From a virus (Duplodnaviria > Caudoviricetes), in the IMG/VR virus record IMGVR_UViG_3300032239_000241, positions 1-40,486 of that record: a DNA stretch of 40,486 bases; one strand, given 5' to 3'. The notes beneath the pieces are model-generated. The model was not told the origin of the DNA, made no database searches, and saw nothing but the letters and a program-made list of their open reading frames with translations. This document shows positions 1 through 7,682 of the stretch, one piece after another. A program made the position numbers and the translations under genes. Within the stretch, counting starts at the first letter, position 1; each line of letters opens with the position of its first letter.

Positions 1-2
1 GT

Positions 3-437
3 ACAGATTTTACGGTAGCAACAGATTTTGCAATCACTTCTAATGTCAATTTAGCAGGCAGTACTGGCAACATGTACGCTAATCCAGCATCATACCTCTA
101 TGTAGCTACTGATAAATTTAACTCTAATACGATTACCAAGACTACAACAAATACCTTTTCAACAAATAACTTTATCGTGTTAAGTACAGTAAGCAATCTA
201 TTTGTCAATGCACCAATCGTATTCACTGGTAACGTGTTCGGCGGACTAGTTGCCAATCAAGTATACTATATCACCGCGATTGATACTGGTAACAGCCAGA
301 TCGCAGTAAGCCAGGCACGGCAGTACGGAGTTGCTGGCGCTAATGTACAATTGAGTACAGCAAATGGTGCTGCCACTGCTACCTGCTACACTGGCGGCAA
401 TGATATCTGGCGCCGAATCAACCTCGCTGCCTGGTAA
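3..437 (+). CDS. C-terminal part of a virion structural / tail-fibre-like protein (5' end outside window)
   Basis: Frame is open from position 3, upstream of the ATG at 72. Product is T/N/A/G-rich and beta-strand-like, ending in DIWRRINLAAW, a C-terminal pattern typical of phage fibre/baseplate proteins. Confidence 0.55.
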   Translation, partial: TDFTVATDFAITSNVNLAGSTGNMYANPASYLYVATDKFNSNTITKTTTNTFSTNNFIVLSTVSNLFVNAPIVFTGNVFGGLVANQVYYITAIDTGNSQIAVSQARQYGVAGANVQLSTANGAATATCYTGGNDIWRRINLAAW

Positions 438-441
438 TCTT

Positions 442-699
442 ATGGAACATCCCTTTGTCAATAATAAAGAATTACAACAGAAGACAATGGAAGAGCTACA
501 AGAAACCATGTCTAGCCTGACAGGCAAATTAACTTATGCCTATCGCACCGGAAACGGCGCTCTCATCAGCCAATTGACGATGGCTCTAGAAAGTTATAGG
601 AGTCAACATCGTAAAAAGATGGATGAGATTTTTGACAAACAAAAGTTAAATAAAACTATAAACATCCAGTCGTCAAACTCCAATGAACATAAGAATTGA
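442..699 (+). CDS. hypothetical helical protein (85 aa, MEHPFVNNKELQQKTMEELQ...)
   Basis: ATG at 442 lies just after the upstream stop at 437. The longer ORF start at 364 would overlap the previous gene. Confidence 0.7.
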   Translation: MEHPFVNNKELQQKTMEELQETMSSLTGKLTYAYRTGNGALISQLTMALESYRSQHRKKMDEIFDKQKLNKTINIQSSNSNEHKN

Positions 700-1237
700 A
701 AAAGATTTCTTTTTTCAGAGTGCAGTGCATTTTGAGAATAAGTTTTATATTAACTCATATGAGGTCTCTCTATCCATGTTAGTGGAGACAGAATCAATGA
801 GAGAACAACAAGTGGCTATGGATAGGATCGCTCATTTCATAGAAGAAGTGCTACAGAATTCTATATTAGTACACAATAAAGACACAGCATCAATAAAAAA
901 GTATTCAAAGGCCAACATCAGAGTGTGCGAACTCCCTGAACAGCCGTATGATCAGATCATATCAATGATACTGCTACTCAAGTTAAATGCCATCATGGAA
1001 GGTAGGATAAAGATCACTGACATGATAATGGGATCAGCGATGAGCGAAGGGGTGAAATACAACACAGTATCAGAAGTAGCCGAAGGCGCGTTTAGCGGAA
1101 ATACCTGGTGGAACAAGTCATGCACTTGTATGAAAAATCACGAAGAAACTACCAGTGATGACAATATCGTCCAGCTTTTTGATGATAGTAAATGGGCTGA
1201 TATGGACCTATCCTGGAAAGAAAAATCCAAAAAATAA
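683..1237 (+). CDS. conserved phage protein, possible degenerate QueD/PTPS T-fold
   Basis: 184 aa ORF. IEKDFFFQSAVH...SYEVSLSM...LQNSILV...PEQPYDQII follows the QueD layout (KxFxFxAAH...HxYxVxV...LDHxxLN...PTxE) but lacks the HGH zinc ligands. Confidence 0.5.
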   Translation: MNIRIEKDFFFQSAVHFENKFYINSYEVSLSMLVETESMREQQVAMDRIAHFIEEVLQNSILVHNKDTASIKKYSKANIRVCELPEQPYDQIISMILLLKLNAIMEGRIKITDMIMGSAMSEGVKYNTVSEVAEGAFSGNTWWNKSCTCMKNHEETTSDDNIVQLFDDSKWADMDLSWKEKSKK

Positions 1238-1238
1238 C

Positions 1239-1267
1239 TTGACAATTCTGCTTTAAGGTGCTATCAT
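1239..1267 (+). promoter_or_regulatory. sigma70-type early promoter
   Basis: TTGACA (1239-1244), 17 nt spacer ending TGC, TATCAT (1262-1267), directly before the ATG at 1273. Confidence 0.8.
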
Positions 1268-1272
1268 AACAT

Positions 1273-1779
1273 ATGATCACTGATAAGTATGGGCAATTGG
1301 TTTATGATGAGCGAGACATCTGTGACCTGTATATGTCTGATACAACTAGGTCATTGAAGAATGTGTTGGTGCTAACTGACATTGACTGCAAGACACTAGA
1401 ACTAGATAATCCCCCGAAACTGATACCTTATAACGTATTAGAGGATCTATCAGTAGAAGAATTTGATTCTAGGAATATGGAAAATTGGTATATTCCTGAC
1501 GAATATAAAGACTTTGACATCGCCAAATATGTTTTAGATCAATGCAAAGATGAGACTGAATTACAACGAGCCGGACAAGAACTACTGCTCTATCAAGAAC
1601 GCGACATGTTTATGCTGTTGCGATATCTAAAATACTTTGTAGATACTCTGCGAAAGAACAAGATAGTCTGGGGAGTTGGTAGAGGTTCAAGCGTTAGCAG
1701 TTTTGTTCTTTATCTGATAGGCGTACACAGAATTAATTCATTATATTATGACCTATCTATTGATGAATTTTTGAAATGA
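1273..1779 (+). CDS. dnaE: DNA polymerase III alpha (DnaE)-like fragment, stand-alone 168 aa
   Basis: WGVGRGSSVSSFVLYLIGVHRINSLYYDLSIDEFL matches the DnaE signature GPGRGSAAGSLVAYxLGITxxDPxxxxLxFERFL. The catalytic DxD is not in this ORF. Confidence 0.8.
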   Translation: MITDKYGQLVYDERDICDLYMSDTTRSLKNVLVLTDIDCKTLELDNPPKLIPYNVLEDLSVEEFDSRNMENWYIPDEYKDFDIAKYVLDQCKDETELQRAGQELLLYQERDMFMLLRYLKYFVDTLRKNKIVWGVGRGSSVSSFVLYLIGVHRINSLYYDLSIDEFLK

Positions 1780-1791
1780 TGTATCTGCATC

Positions 1792-1799
1792 ACTAAATA
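1792..1799 (+). promoter_or_regulatory. T4-late-like promoter (ACTAAATA)
   Basis: TAAATA core about 23 nt upstream of ATG 1822, followed by a GAGGAG RBS. Confidence 0.6.
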
Positions 1800-1821
1800 G
1801 AGAAGAGGAGATTATAAGATA

Positions 1822-2238
1822 ATGGCACAATATAGATCAGCACGAGGGAAAGTAGTAGACATGAGCGCCCTTGCTGCAAGAAACGAAAGAGTTCGTGCAG
1901 TAGGTAACATGAATGTCAATGCTAGAGGTGACACGATTGATAGCCAAGGGAATATCCTTGTTCCTGCAACTAAGAAAGCATCTGACAAATACCAAAATAC
2001 AGTAGGCAACAAGTCTGCGAATAAAGCTACTACTGACGAACACAGGTTAGTACCGGATTCCCTCCCTCCGATTGTAGATCCAGTACTCCAACAGGATGAA
2101 CCTGTAACAGAACTTGAAGAAGAATTTGATTCTGATTTCGTAAAAGAAGAAGAGACGGAAGCAGAAGAAAAAATCGTTATTAAACCTGCAAGTGAAGCAC
2201 CACAATTTTTTAAACCGGAACCAAAAGCTAAAAAGTAA
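1822..2238 (+). CDS. hypothetical protein, basic N-terminus and acidic C-terminus
   Basis: 138 aa ORF with a strong RBS (AGAGGAG) and a late-type promoter. Confidence 0.75.
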   Translation: MAQYRSARGKVVDMSALAARNERVRAVGNMNVNARGDTIDSQGNILVPATKKASDKYQNTVGNKSANKATTDEHRLVPDSLPPIVDPVLQQDEPVTELEEEFDSDFVKEEETEAEEKIVIKPASEAPQFFKPEPKAKK

Positions 2239-2239
2239 C

Positions 2240-2602
2240 ATGACAAAAGTTAATCTAACTATAACAAAACTTACTAAGCTCCGTCCCTTAAAGGATACTA
2301 TTCTTGTTTGTGATATGGAGTTTAGAGAGCGTCTGAGTCGCGGAGGACTTATTCTCCTAAACGATGACATGAAGAGCGCAGGTATCCGACCTAGATGGGC
2401 GAGAGTCTATGCAGTAGGACCTGATGTAACGGAAGTAAAAGTAAATGATTATATTATGATTGCACACGGTCGCTGGAGTCGTGGTCAGACTATTGAAGAC
2501 GAAGACGGCGAGAAAATTATCCGAAAAGTAGACCCAAATGATATTTTATTAATTAGCGACGAATACATAAACGATTATACGATGACCGATAAGGAATACT
2601 AA
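2240..2602 (+). CDS. groES: GroES/Cpn10-like co-chaperonin
   Basis: LRPLKDTILV...SRGGLILL...ARVYAVGPD...VKVNDYIMI...DILLI follows the Cpn10 pattern. Start at ATG 2240, right after the upstream stop. Confidence 0.85.
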   Translation: MTKVNLTITKLTKLRPLKDTILVCDMEFRERLSRGGLILLNDDMKSAGIRPRWARVYAVGPDVTEVKVNDYIMIAHGRWSRGQTIEDEDGEKIIRKVDPNDILLISDEYINDYTMTDKEY

Positions 2603-2610
2603 AGAACCCA

Positions 2611-2641
2611 GAGAGTGAGAGAAATCTCACTCTCATTTTTT
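2611..2641 (+). terminator. rho-independent terminator
   Basis: GAGAGTGAGA-GAAA-TCTCACTCTC is a perfect 10 bp stem with a GNRA loop, followed by a T run. Confidence 0.9.
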
Positions 2642-2659
2642 ATAAAATGTCCAATCATC

Positions 2660-2688
2660 TTGACAATTAGAATAAAGAAGTATATAGT
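2660..2688 (+). promoter_or_regulatory. sigma70-type early promoter
   Basis: TTGACA (2660-2665), 17 nt spacer, TATAGT (2683-2688), upstream of the clamp loader. Confidence 0.8.
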
Positions 2689-2735
2689 GACTACGATGAT
2701 GAATATTATCCGCCAATGTCAACGAGAAAGAAATA

Positions 2736-3662
2736 ATGCAAAATACACTTTGGGTTGAGAAATATCGGCCAAACACAGTCGCTGATTATGTCTTTGTAGA
2801 TGATCGTCAGCGTGAACAAGTGACAACCTGGATCGCAGAAGGATCTATCCCGCATCTGCTACTGTCAGGTGATCCTGGTACAGGCAAGACGACTCTCGCT
2901 AGAGTTCTCATTCATGATCTCGGCGTAGAAAATTATGATGTGCTATACATCAATGCTTCACGCGAGAACGGCATTGATACTTTGCGAGAGAAGATCAACG
3001 GGTTCGTGCAGACTATGCCCTTCGGCAAGTTTAAGGTCGTGCTACTTGATGAAGCTGACTATCTGACGCACCAATCACAGGCTGCATTGCGCGGTGATAT
3101 GGAAACATACTATCAGACTGTGCGCTATATTCTGACTTGTAACTACGAACACAAGATCATTCCAGCGTTGCGTGAGTCTCGCTGTTATAAGATGCATATC
3201 GCAAAGCCTGACATGACAGACTTTACAGCAAGGGCAGCGACGGTATTGCTTACGGAAAACATTGAGTTTGATCTGGATATCCTTGACACATATGTTCGTG
3301 CTACATATCCTGATCTTCGTCGGTGCCTTAATGAACTACAGAACAATTCTAAGTCCGGTACACTGAATCCTATCCATGCCGAAGGTACTAGCGAATCTGA
3401 ATTGCTTATAGCTGCTACTGAACTCTTCAAGTCAGGAAAGATTCTTGAGGGGAGGCAACAACTAATGCAATACATTAGCCTCTATCCAACTCGTATTGAA
3501 GATTGCTATCGCTTCTTTTATGATAATCTTGATCTCTGGGGCAAGACCCAAGAGAAGAAGGATGCAGCGATCATCACGATTCGTAACGGTCTCGCAAATC
3601 TATCGCTAGTTGGTATCCCTGAGATTTCATTAGCAGCCTCACTAGTAGAATTGACATCATGA
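2736..3662 (+). CDS. clamp loader AAA+ subunit (RFC small subunit / T4 gp44-like)
   Basis: WVEKYRP, Walker A GDPGTGKT, NAS, Walker B DEADYL, SRC arginine finger, PDLRRCLN sensor 2. Confidence 0.93.
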   Translation: MQNTLWVEKYRPNTVADYVFVDDRQREQVTTWIAEGSIPHLLLSGDPGTGKTTLARVLIHDLGVENYDVLYINASRENGIDTLREKINGFVQTMPFGKFKVVLLDEADYLTHQSQAALRGDMETYYQTVRYILTCNYEHKIIPALRESRCYKMHIAKPDMTDFTARAATVLLTENIEFDLDILDTYVRATYPDLRRCLNELQNNSKSGTLNPIHAEGTSESELLIAATELFKSGKILEGRQQLMQYISLYPTRIEDCYRFFYDNLDLWGKTQEKKDAAIITIRNGLANLSLVGIPEISLAASLVELTS

Positions 3663-3964
3663 GCGAAGATACTCTTGAAAATGCTCTTGCAGCAGCCAGA
3701 GATCGCGGCAAGATTTGGCTAGAAAAGTTTAAGACTAAGCCGCTTGAAGAACAGATGGAATATCTTGCTCAAGAACTATTTTACGCTATAGAGCATAATC
3801 CATACGGTTCTCCAAATGGTAGACAGCATTGGCATGAAATTCCTGATGTTGATGAAAATTATGTATCAGGAACAGATAAATTAAGATATAAATATGCTGC
3901 TGAGGCAGCAGTAAAAATAGTAGGTTATATGGGATTAGAGAAATCTCACCAGCAGCCTCAATAA
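3659..3964 (+). CDS. hypothetical protein
   Basis: 101 aa ORF, ATGA-coupled to the clamp loader gene. Confidence 0.65.
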   Translation: MSEDTLENALAAARDRGKIWLEKFKTKPLEEQMEYLAQELFYAIEHNPYGSPNGRQHWHEIPDVDENYVSGTDKLRYKYAAEAAVKIVGYMGLEKSHQQPQ

Positions 3965-3990
3965 TTTAACCGACATCATAGGAGAAACCC

Positions 3991-4377
3991 ATGTCATGGC
4001 AAGCAACATTAACTATCAATAATAATACTGCATACAACATTACGGTAACACATAATAACATCGGTGACTTGACTGTCATTTCACCTAATAGTTCTTGGTC
4101 TAACACTGATCAAGAAAGCACCCCTAATAACACGAATGCATTGAAGTTCTGGCAACAACCTAATGTATGGTTTATGCAAGGTTCAGCATCATTCGGGCCT
4201 ACTGCTGGCGTATATGTTGATCGTGGTTGGATGGATCCAAACGCACAGACGATAAAGATGACTGCTGATGCAAACGGCAAAGAATGGGTTCAGACCCAAA
4301 ACGGCGGAGAAACACTACTTGCTTGGAATGAATTTGAGCAAGGCGGTGTGATTACCCTTACTTTTGACCCGGAGTGA
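3991..4377 (+). CDS. hypothetical beta-rich protein (Trp/Asn/Thr-rich)
   Basis: 128 aa ORF with an AGGAG RBS. Confidence 0.7.
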   Translation: MSWQATLTINNNTAYNITVTHNNIGDLTVISPNSSWSNTDQESTPNNTNALKFWQQPNVWFMQGSASFGPTAGVYVDRGWMDPNAQTIKMTADANGKEWVQTQNGGETLLAWNEFEQGGVITLTFDPE

Positions 4378-4380
4378 ACC

Positions 4381-4692
4381 ATGAGATATTTGTTAATTAC
4401 ATTTGTTAGAAAAGACGGCGGTCAAATTGATGAACTCGTGACCATTGGTAAACGGGTCCGTACGTCTGACATGAATCAATCCAATGTTATCATGGATTTT
4501 GCTGAGAGGAAAGTGGTAAAGTGTATCATTGAAGGCAAGGAACATGATACTACGTTTGATATCATGCGCGAGTATTACAGAAAAGTATATCCTAATCTGA
4601 TTGATCAGTTGGAAAAAGAGGCGCCTATTACCGCTGCACAAGAGCAGGGTATGAATCGTCAGCAACGCCGGGCAGCAGAAGCAAAGAAGTAA
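4381..4692 (+). CDS. hypothetical protein
   Basis: 103 aa ORF with a GGAG RBS, ending just before a terminator. Confidence 0.7.
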   Translation: MRYLLITFVRKDGGQIDELVTIGKRVRTSDMNQSNVIMDFAERKVVKCIIEGKEHDTTFDIMREYYRKVYPNLIDQLEKEAPITAAQEQGMNRQQRRAAEAKK

Positions 4693-4693
4693 A

Positions 4694-4720
4694 ATAAACG
4701 GGGCATATAGCCCCGTTTAT
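4694..4720. terminator. bidirectional terminator hairpin
   Basis: ATAAACGGGGC-ATATA-GCCCCGTTTAT is a perfect 11 bp inverted repeat between convergent genes. Confidence 0.85.
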
Positions 4721-4722
4721 CA

Positions 4723-5490
4723 CTACGAATATAAGTTTAAGACATGTTCAATAATTTCATGTCTTCTTATATCTCTTACATCAAATTCGCAAGCGACCAT
4801 TCCTGGAACAGTATGAATTCGTAATCTACTCTTTAGGTCTAATAGACCGTTGTCAAGTGTCTTACGATCAGTCTGTTCTACATCTCCAGTGATGACTATC
4901 TTACTACCTTCACCGATTCTAGTCATTAACATTTTCAATTGGCTAGGTGTAGCATTTTGCGCTTCATCCAAAATGATCCAACTATGTTTGAAATTACGAC
5001 CACGGCAGAATGCTAGTGGGGCAATCTCAATGACTTGTTCTTTTACCATGTATTCTAGTTCAGTGGCAGTGTAGAACTCCCTCAGAACATCAAACAATGG
5101 TCGTACCCACGGTTCCATTTTTTCGTTGAGATCACCAGGTAGAAATCCGTGTTTCTCATCGTCAACTGCAACTGCAGGTCTAGTTAGTAGTATTTTCTCA
5201 CAATCTCCTTGTTTCATTGCTTTGATAGCTGCTAACATTGCAAGATATGTCTTGCCCGTACCTGCAGGACCGGATACCATTACGATGTCTGTTTCAGGGT
5301 CGGTCAATGCGATGATATATTTTTCCTGATTTATACTCTGTGGTATTAGCTCTATTGGTTTCTTAGGTTTTCTGGTCTGGGCTTGATTAAAGTCAATAGT
5401 TTTTGATTCTTTCATAAACATCTTGCTTTCATCATATCTTCTATTTGAACGTGTATCTCTTCTTAATTCGCCTGTTTTGCGTTTAGTCAC
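4723..5490 (-). CDS. phoH: PhoH-like ATPase
   Basis: GPAGTGKTYLA, RPAV, GFLPGDLNEKMEPW, APLAFCRGRNF, DEAQN, TRIGEGSK, GDVEQTD. GTG start with an AGGAGA RBS. Confidence 0.95.
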   Translation of the reverse strand: MTKRKTGELRRDTRSNRRYDESKMFMKESKTIDFNQAQTRKPKKPIELIPQSINQEKYIIALTDPETDIVMVSGPAGTGKTYLAMLAAIKAMKQGDCEKILLTRPAVAVDDEKHGFLPGDLNEKMEPWVRPLFDVLREFYTATELEYMVKEQVIEIAPLAFCRGRNFKHSWIILDEAQNATPSQLKMLMTRIGEGSKIVITGDVEQTDRKTLDNGLLDLKSRLRIHTVPGMVACEFDVRDIRRHEIIEHVLNLYS

Positions 5491-5544
5491 GTTAAGTCTC
5501 TCCTAAATTTGATTGTAGTATCAGAGAAATCTCTTTCTCATTTG

Positions 5545-5552
5545 TATTTAAA
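5545..5552 (-). promoter_or_regulatory. T4-late-like promoter for phoH (TTTAAATA on - strand)
   Basis: TAAATA core on the reverse strand about 55 nt upstream of the phoH start. Confidence 0.45.
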
Positions 5553-5648
5553 CGGCTGTATTGAGTAAACAAGCAGTATGCAGGAAATTTTCACGAATGA
5601 TAAATATTACTTCGGGGAACACAATTGTCTCTATTCATTGCCTAAAAG

Positions 5649-5656
5649 TATAAATA
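5649..5656 (+). promoter_or_regulatory. T4 late promoter consensus TATAAATA
   Basis: Exact T4 gp55 consensus immediately upstream of ATG 5662. A second copy (GATAAATA) lies at 5599-5606. Confidence 0.7.
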
Positions 5657-5661
5657 CAAAT

Positions 5662-6276
5662 ATGAGCAGTCTTCCAGCAGATAAATTTTTCAATAATGTT
5701 GATTTCGTATCCATAGTGGATACCATTCGTGGCGTATACATGAGCGATGGTGCTATGTCCACGCTATTGGATTTTGAGCGTGTTCTAGATGAAGCCGATC
5801 TTTACGCATACAAGAACTGGTTACTCGGAGAACTAGTAGACGGTCCTGTTATCGGCAGATATTCTTGTAAATGCACATTCATGTGGCCTTACAAGCTAAT
5901 GCCTGACCCAAGAGGAGCATTACGTCTCATCAATATTGGATGTAAAGTGGGTATCGGCAAAAGCAAGATTGAAGTTCCAGTTGAAGTACTGGACTATGAA
6001 GACTTTGTTCCAGGAACCCGATATCCAAAGATGCATCCTAGACCAGTATGGTTTATTCAGATTGAGATTCCAGTTGAACTAATGGATGACATCAAAGAAG
6101 GTTCTATTGATCTTGCTGACTCAACAATTGACCTATCTGAGATTGAGGATGCATATAATGAGGATCTTGACGATTCTACTGCTAGAGAAGGTGCTTCTCC
6201 GGAAACTGCTGCTGATCAAGCACAAGGATCTCCGGATGATATGGGACAATCAGCCCCAGGAAATCCGTTAGGTTAA
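5662..6276 (+). CDS. hypothetical phage protein with acidic tail
   Basis: Start reassigned to MSSLPADKFF (ATG 5662), downstream of the late promoter. Globular core (YKNWLLGELVDGP, WPYKLMPDPRG) plus acidic low-complexity C-terminus. Confidence 0.75.
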   Translation: MSSLPADKFFNNVDFVSIVDTIRGVYMSDGAMSTLLDFERVLDEADLYAYKNWLLGELVDGPVIGRYSCKCTFMWPYKLMPDPRGALRLINIGCKVGIGKSKIEVPVEVLDYEDFVPGTRYPKMHPRPVWFIQIEIPVELMDDIKEGSIDLADSTIDLSEIEDAYNEDLDDSTAREGASPETAADQAQGSPDDMGQSAPGNPLG

Positions 6277-6278
6277 TC

Positions 6279-6821
6279 ATGAAAACATTAAATGAAGCCC
6301 TTGATTATTTGGATATGAAGGATCAAGTTGAGCCTAAGATCACAGTAGATGAATATGCTGCTAAGATGGGAAAAGACAGCGATATTGTCACGGTGACCTT
6401 CACTGTACATTCTAAACTTGCAGCTAAGGACCTTGTTTCCTGGCTTGAACGTGGGTATGATTTTATCCTAGACGCGAGTATCAGCGACGGCGAATTAGAG
6501 CCTGGTGACTGGTTAGTGTTTACAGAGATGGATCGTCGTATCGCAGTTCCCGATAGAATAATCAAGATATTGTCTGATCTAGAGACACTCACTGGTCTTG
6601 ATCTTGATGACTGGATCGTAGACATTGACGGAACCGAAGTTGGTGCTAACGAGGAACTCATAAGAGACCAGATGATCCTAAATCCTAATGAATATCGCAT
6701 GGAAAAAGAAAAAGACGAGAAATTAGATGAAGTCAGGCAACTCGCTGGATTAGATCCTGAGAAGACTCCTTATGTTGAAGACGAATACATAAAGAATTTG
6801 AAGGCTCTTGCTAGAATTTAA
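6279..6821 (+). CDS. hypothetical protein, putative head-associated
   Basis: 180 aa. N-terminal MKTLNE tag; C-terminal LDEVRQLAGL and IKNLKALARI motifs. Confidence 0.75.
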   Translation: MKTLNEALDYLDMKDQVEPKITVDEYAAKMGKDSDIVTVTFTVHSKLAAKDLVSWLERGYDFILDASISDGELEPGDWLVFTEMDRRIAVPDRIIKILSDLETLTGLDLDDWIVDIDGTEVGANEELIRDQMILNPNEYRMEKEKDEKLDEVRQLAGLDPEKTPYVEDEYIKNLKALARI

Positions 6822-6823
6822 GC

Positions 6824-6852
6824 TTGACATCTCCTATATATTATGTTAGTAT
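6824..6852 (+). promoter_or_regulatory. sigma70-type promoter
   Basis: TTGACA (6824-6829), 17 nt spacer ending TGT, TAGTAT (6847-6852), just before dnaJ. Confidence 0.7.
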
Positions 6853-6858
6853 AACACT

Positions 6859-7662
6859 ATGGATCATTATAAAACATTAGGAGTATCCCGTACTGCATCT
6901 CCAGACGAGATCAAGAAAGCTTTCCGTAAATTAGCAATGCAATATCACCCTGATAAAGGGGGAGATATTAATAAATTTCAAGAAATAAATTCTGCACACG
7001 AGGTTCTAAGTGATCCTAAAAAGCGGGCTGAGTATGACGCGCCTGCCCCACAAAATCCGTTCGGGCAGCATCCCGGTGGCTTCTCGTTTAATGTAAACGG
7101 GTTTGACATATTCCGTCAAGCGTTCGGTCATAATCCTTTTGAACAAGCGTCTGCCCGCCCGCAACAACAATTGTATCGTACACGTCTAGAAGTGTCTTTG
7201 CTAGACTCATACTACAGCGCAGAGAAAGTTTTGCAATTAAGCACCCCCACTGGGGTGAATACCGTAACTATAAAGGTCCCTTCTGGAATCAGCACCGGTG
7301 ATCAAATCAGATACGAGGGAGTGATTGATGGCGCCAGTCTCATCATAGAATTCCTAGTTGCACCTGATCTTAAATTTGATCGCAGGGGCCATGATCTATA
7401 TTTCAATCTCCCTATCTCTGTATTAGCGTTGATCGTTGGGGAAACGATAGACTTCAAAACTATTAATGGAAATACAGTATCAGTAAAAATTCCTCCTAGG
7501 ACACAACCTAGTATGCAGATCAAATTAGCAGGAGAAGGCATGCCTATCGCCGATAGCGGGCGACATGGTGACCAAATACTATTGCTTAAACCCTTGATAC
7601 CTGATAAGATTGACAATGAGGTTATAGAAGCCATCAAACGAAGCCAAACTAAATACAAATAG
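6859..7662 (+). CDS. dnaJ: DnaJ/CbpA-like co-chaperone (J domain, G/F linker, C-terminal domain, no Zn finger)
   Basis: DHYKTLGVSRTASPDEIKKAFRKLAMQYHPDK; F/G-rich linker; RRGHDL and GEGMP in the C-terminal domain. Confidence 0.92.
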   Translation: MDHYKTLGVSRTASPDEIKKAFRKLAMQYHPDKGGDINKFQEINSAHEVLSDPKKRAEYDAPAPQNPFGQHPGGFSFNVNGFDIFRQAFGHNPFEQASARPQQQLYRTRLEVSLLDSYYSAEKVLQLSTPTGVNTVTIKVPSGISTGDQIRYEGVIDGASLIIEFLVAPDLKFDRRGHDLYFNLPISVLALIVGETIDFKTINGNTVSVKIPPRTQPSMQIKLAGEGMPIADSGRHGDQILLLKPLIPDKIDNEVIEAIKRSQTKYK

Positions 7663-7682
7663 TACTTTAAAAGGACAAGTAA

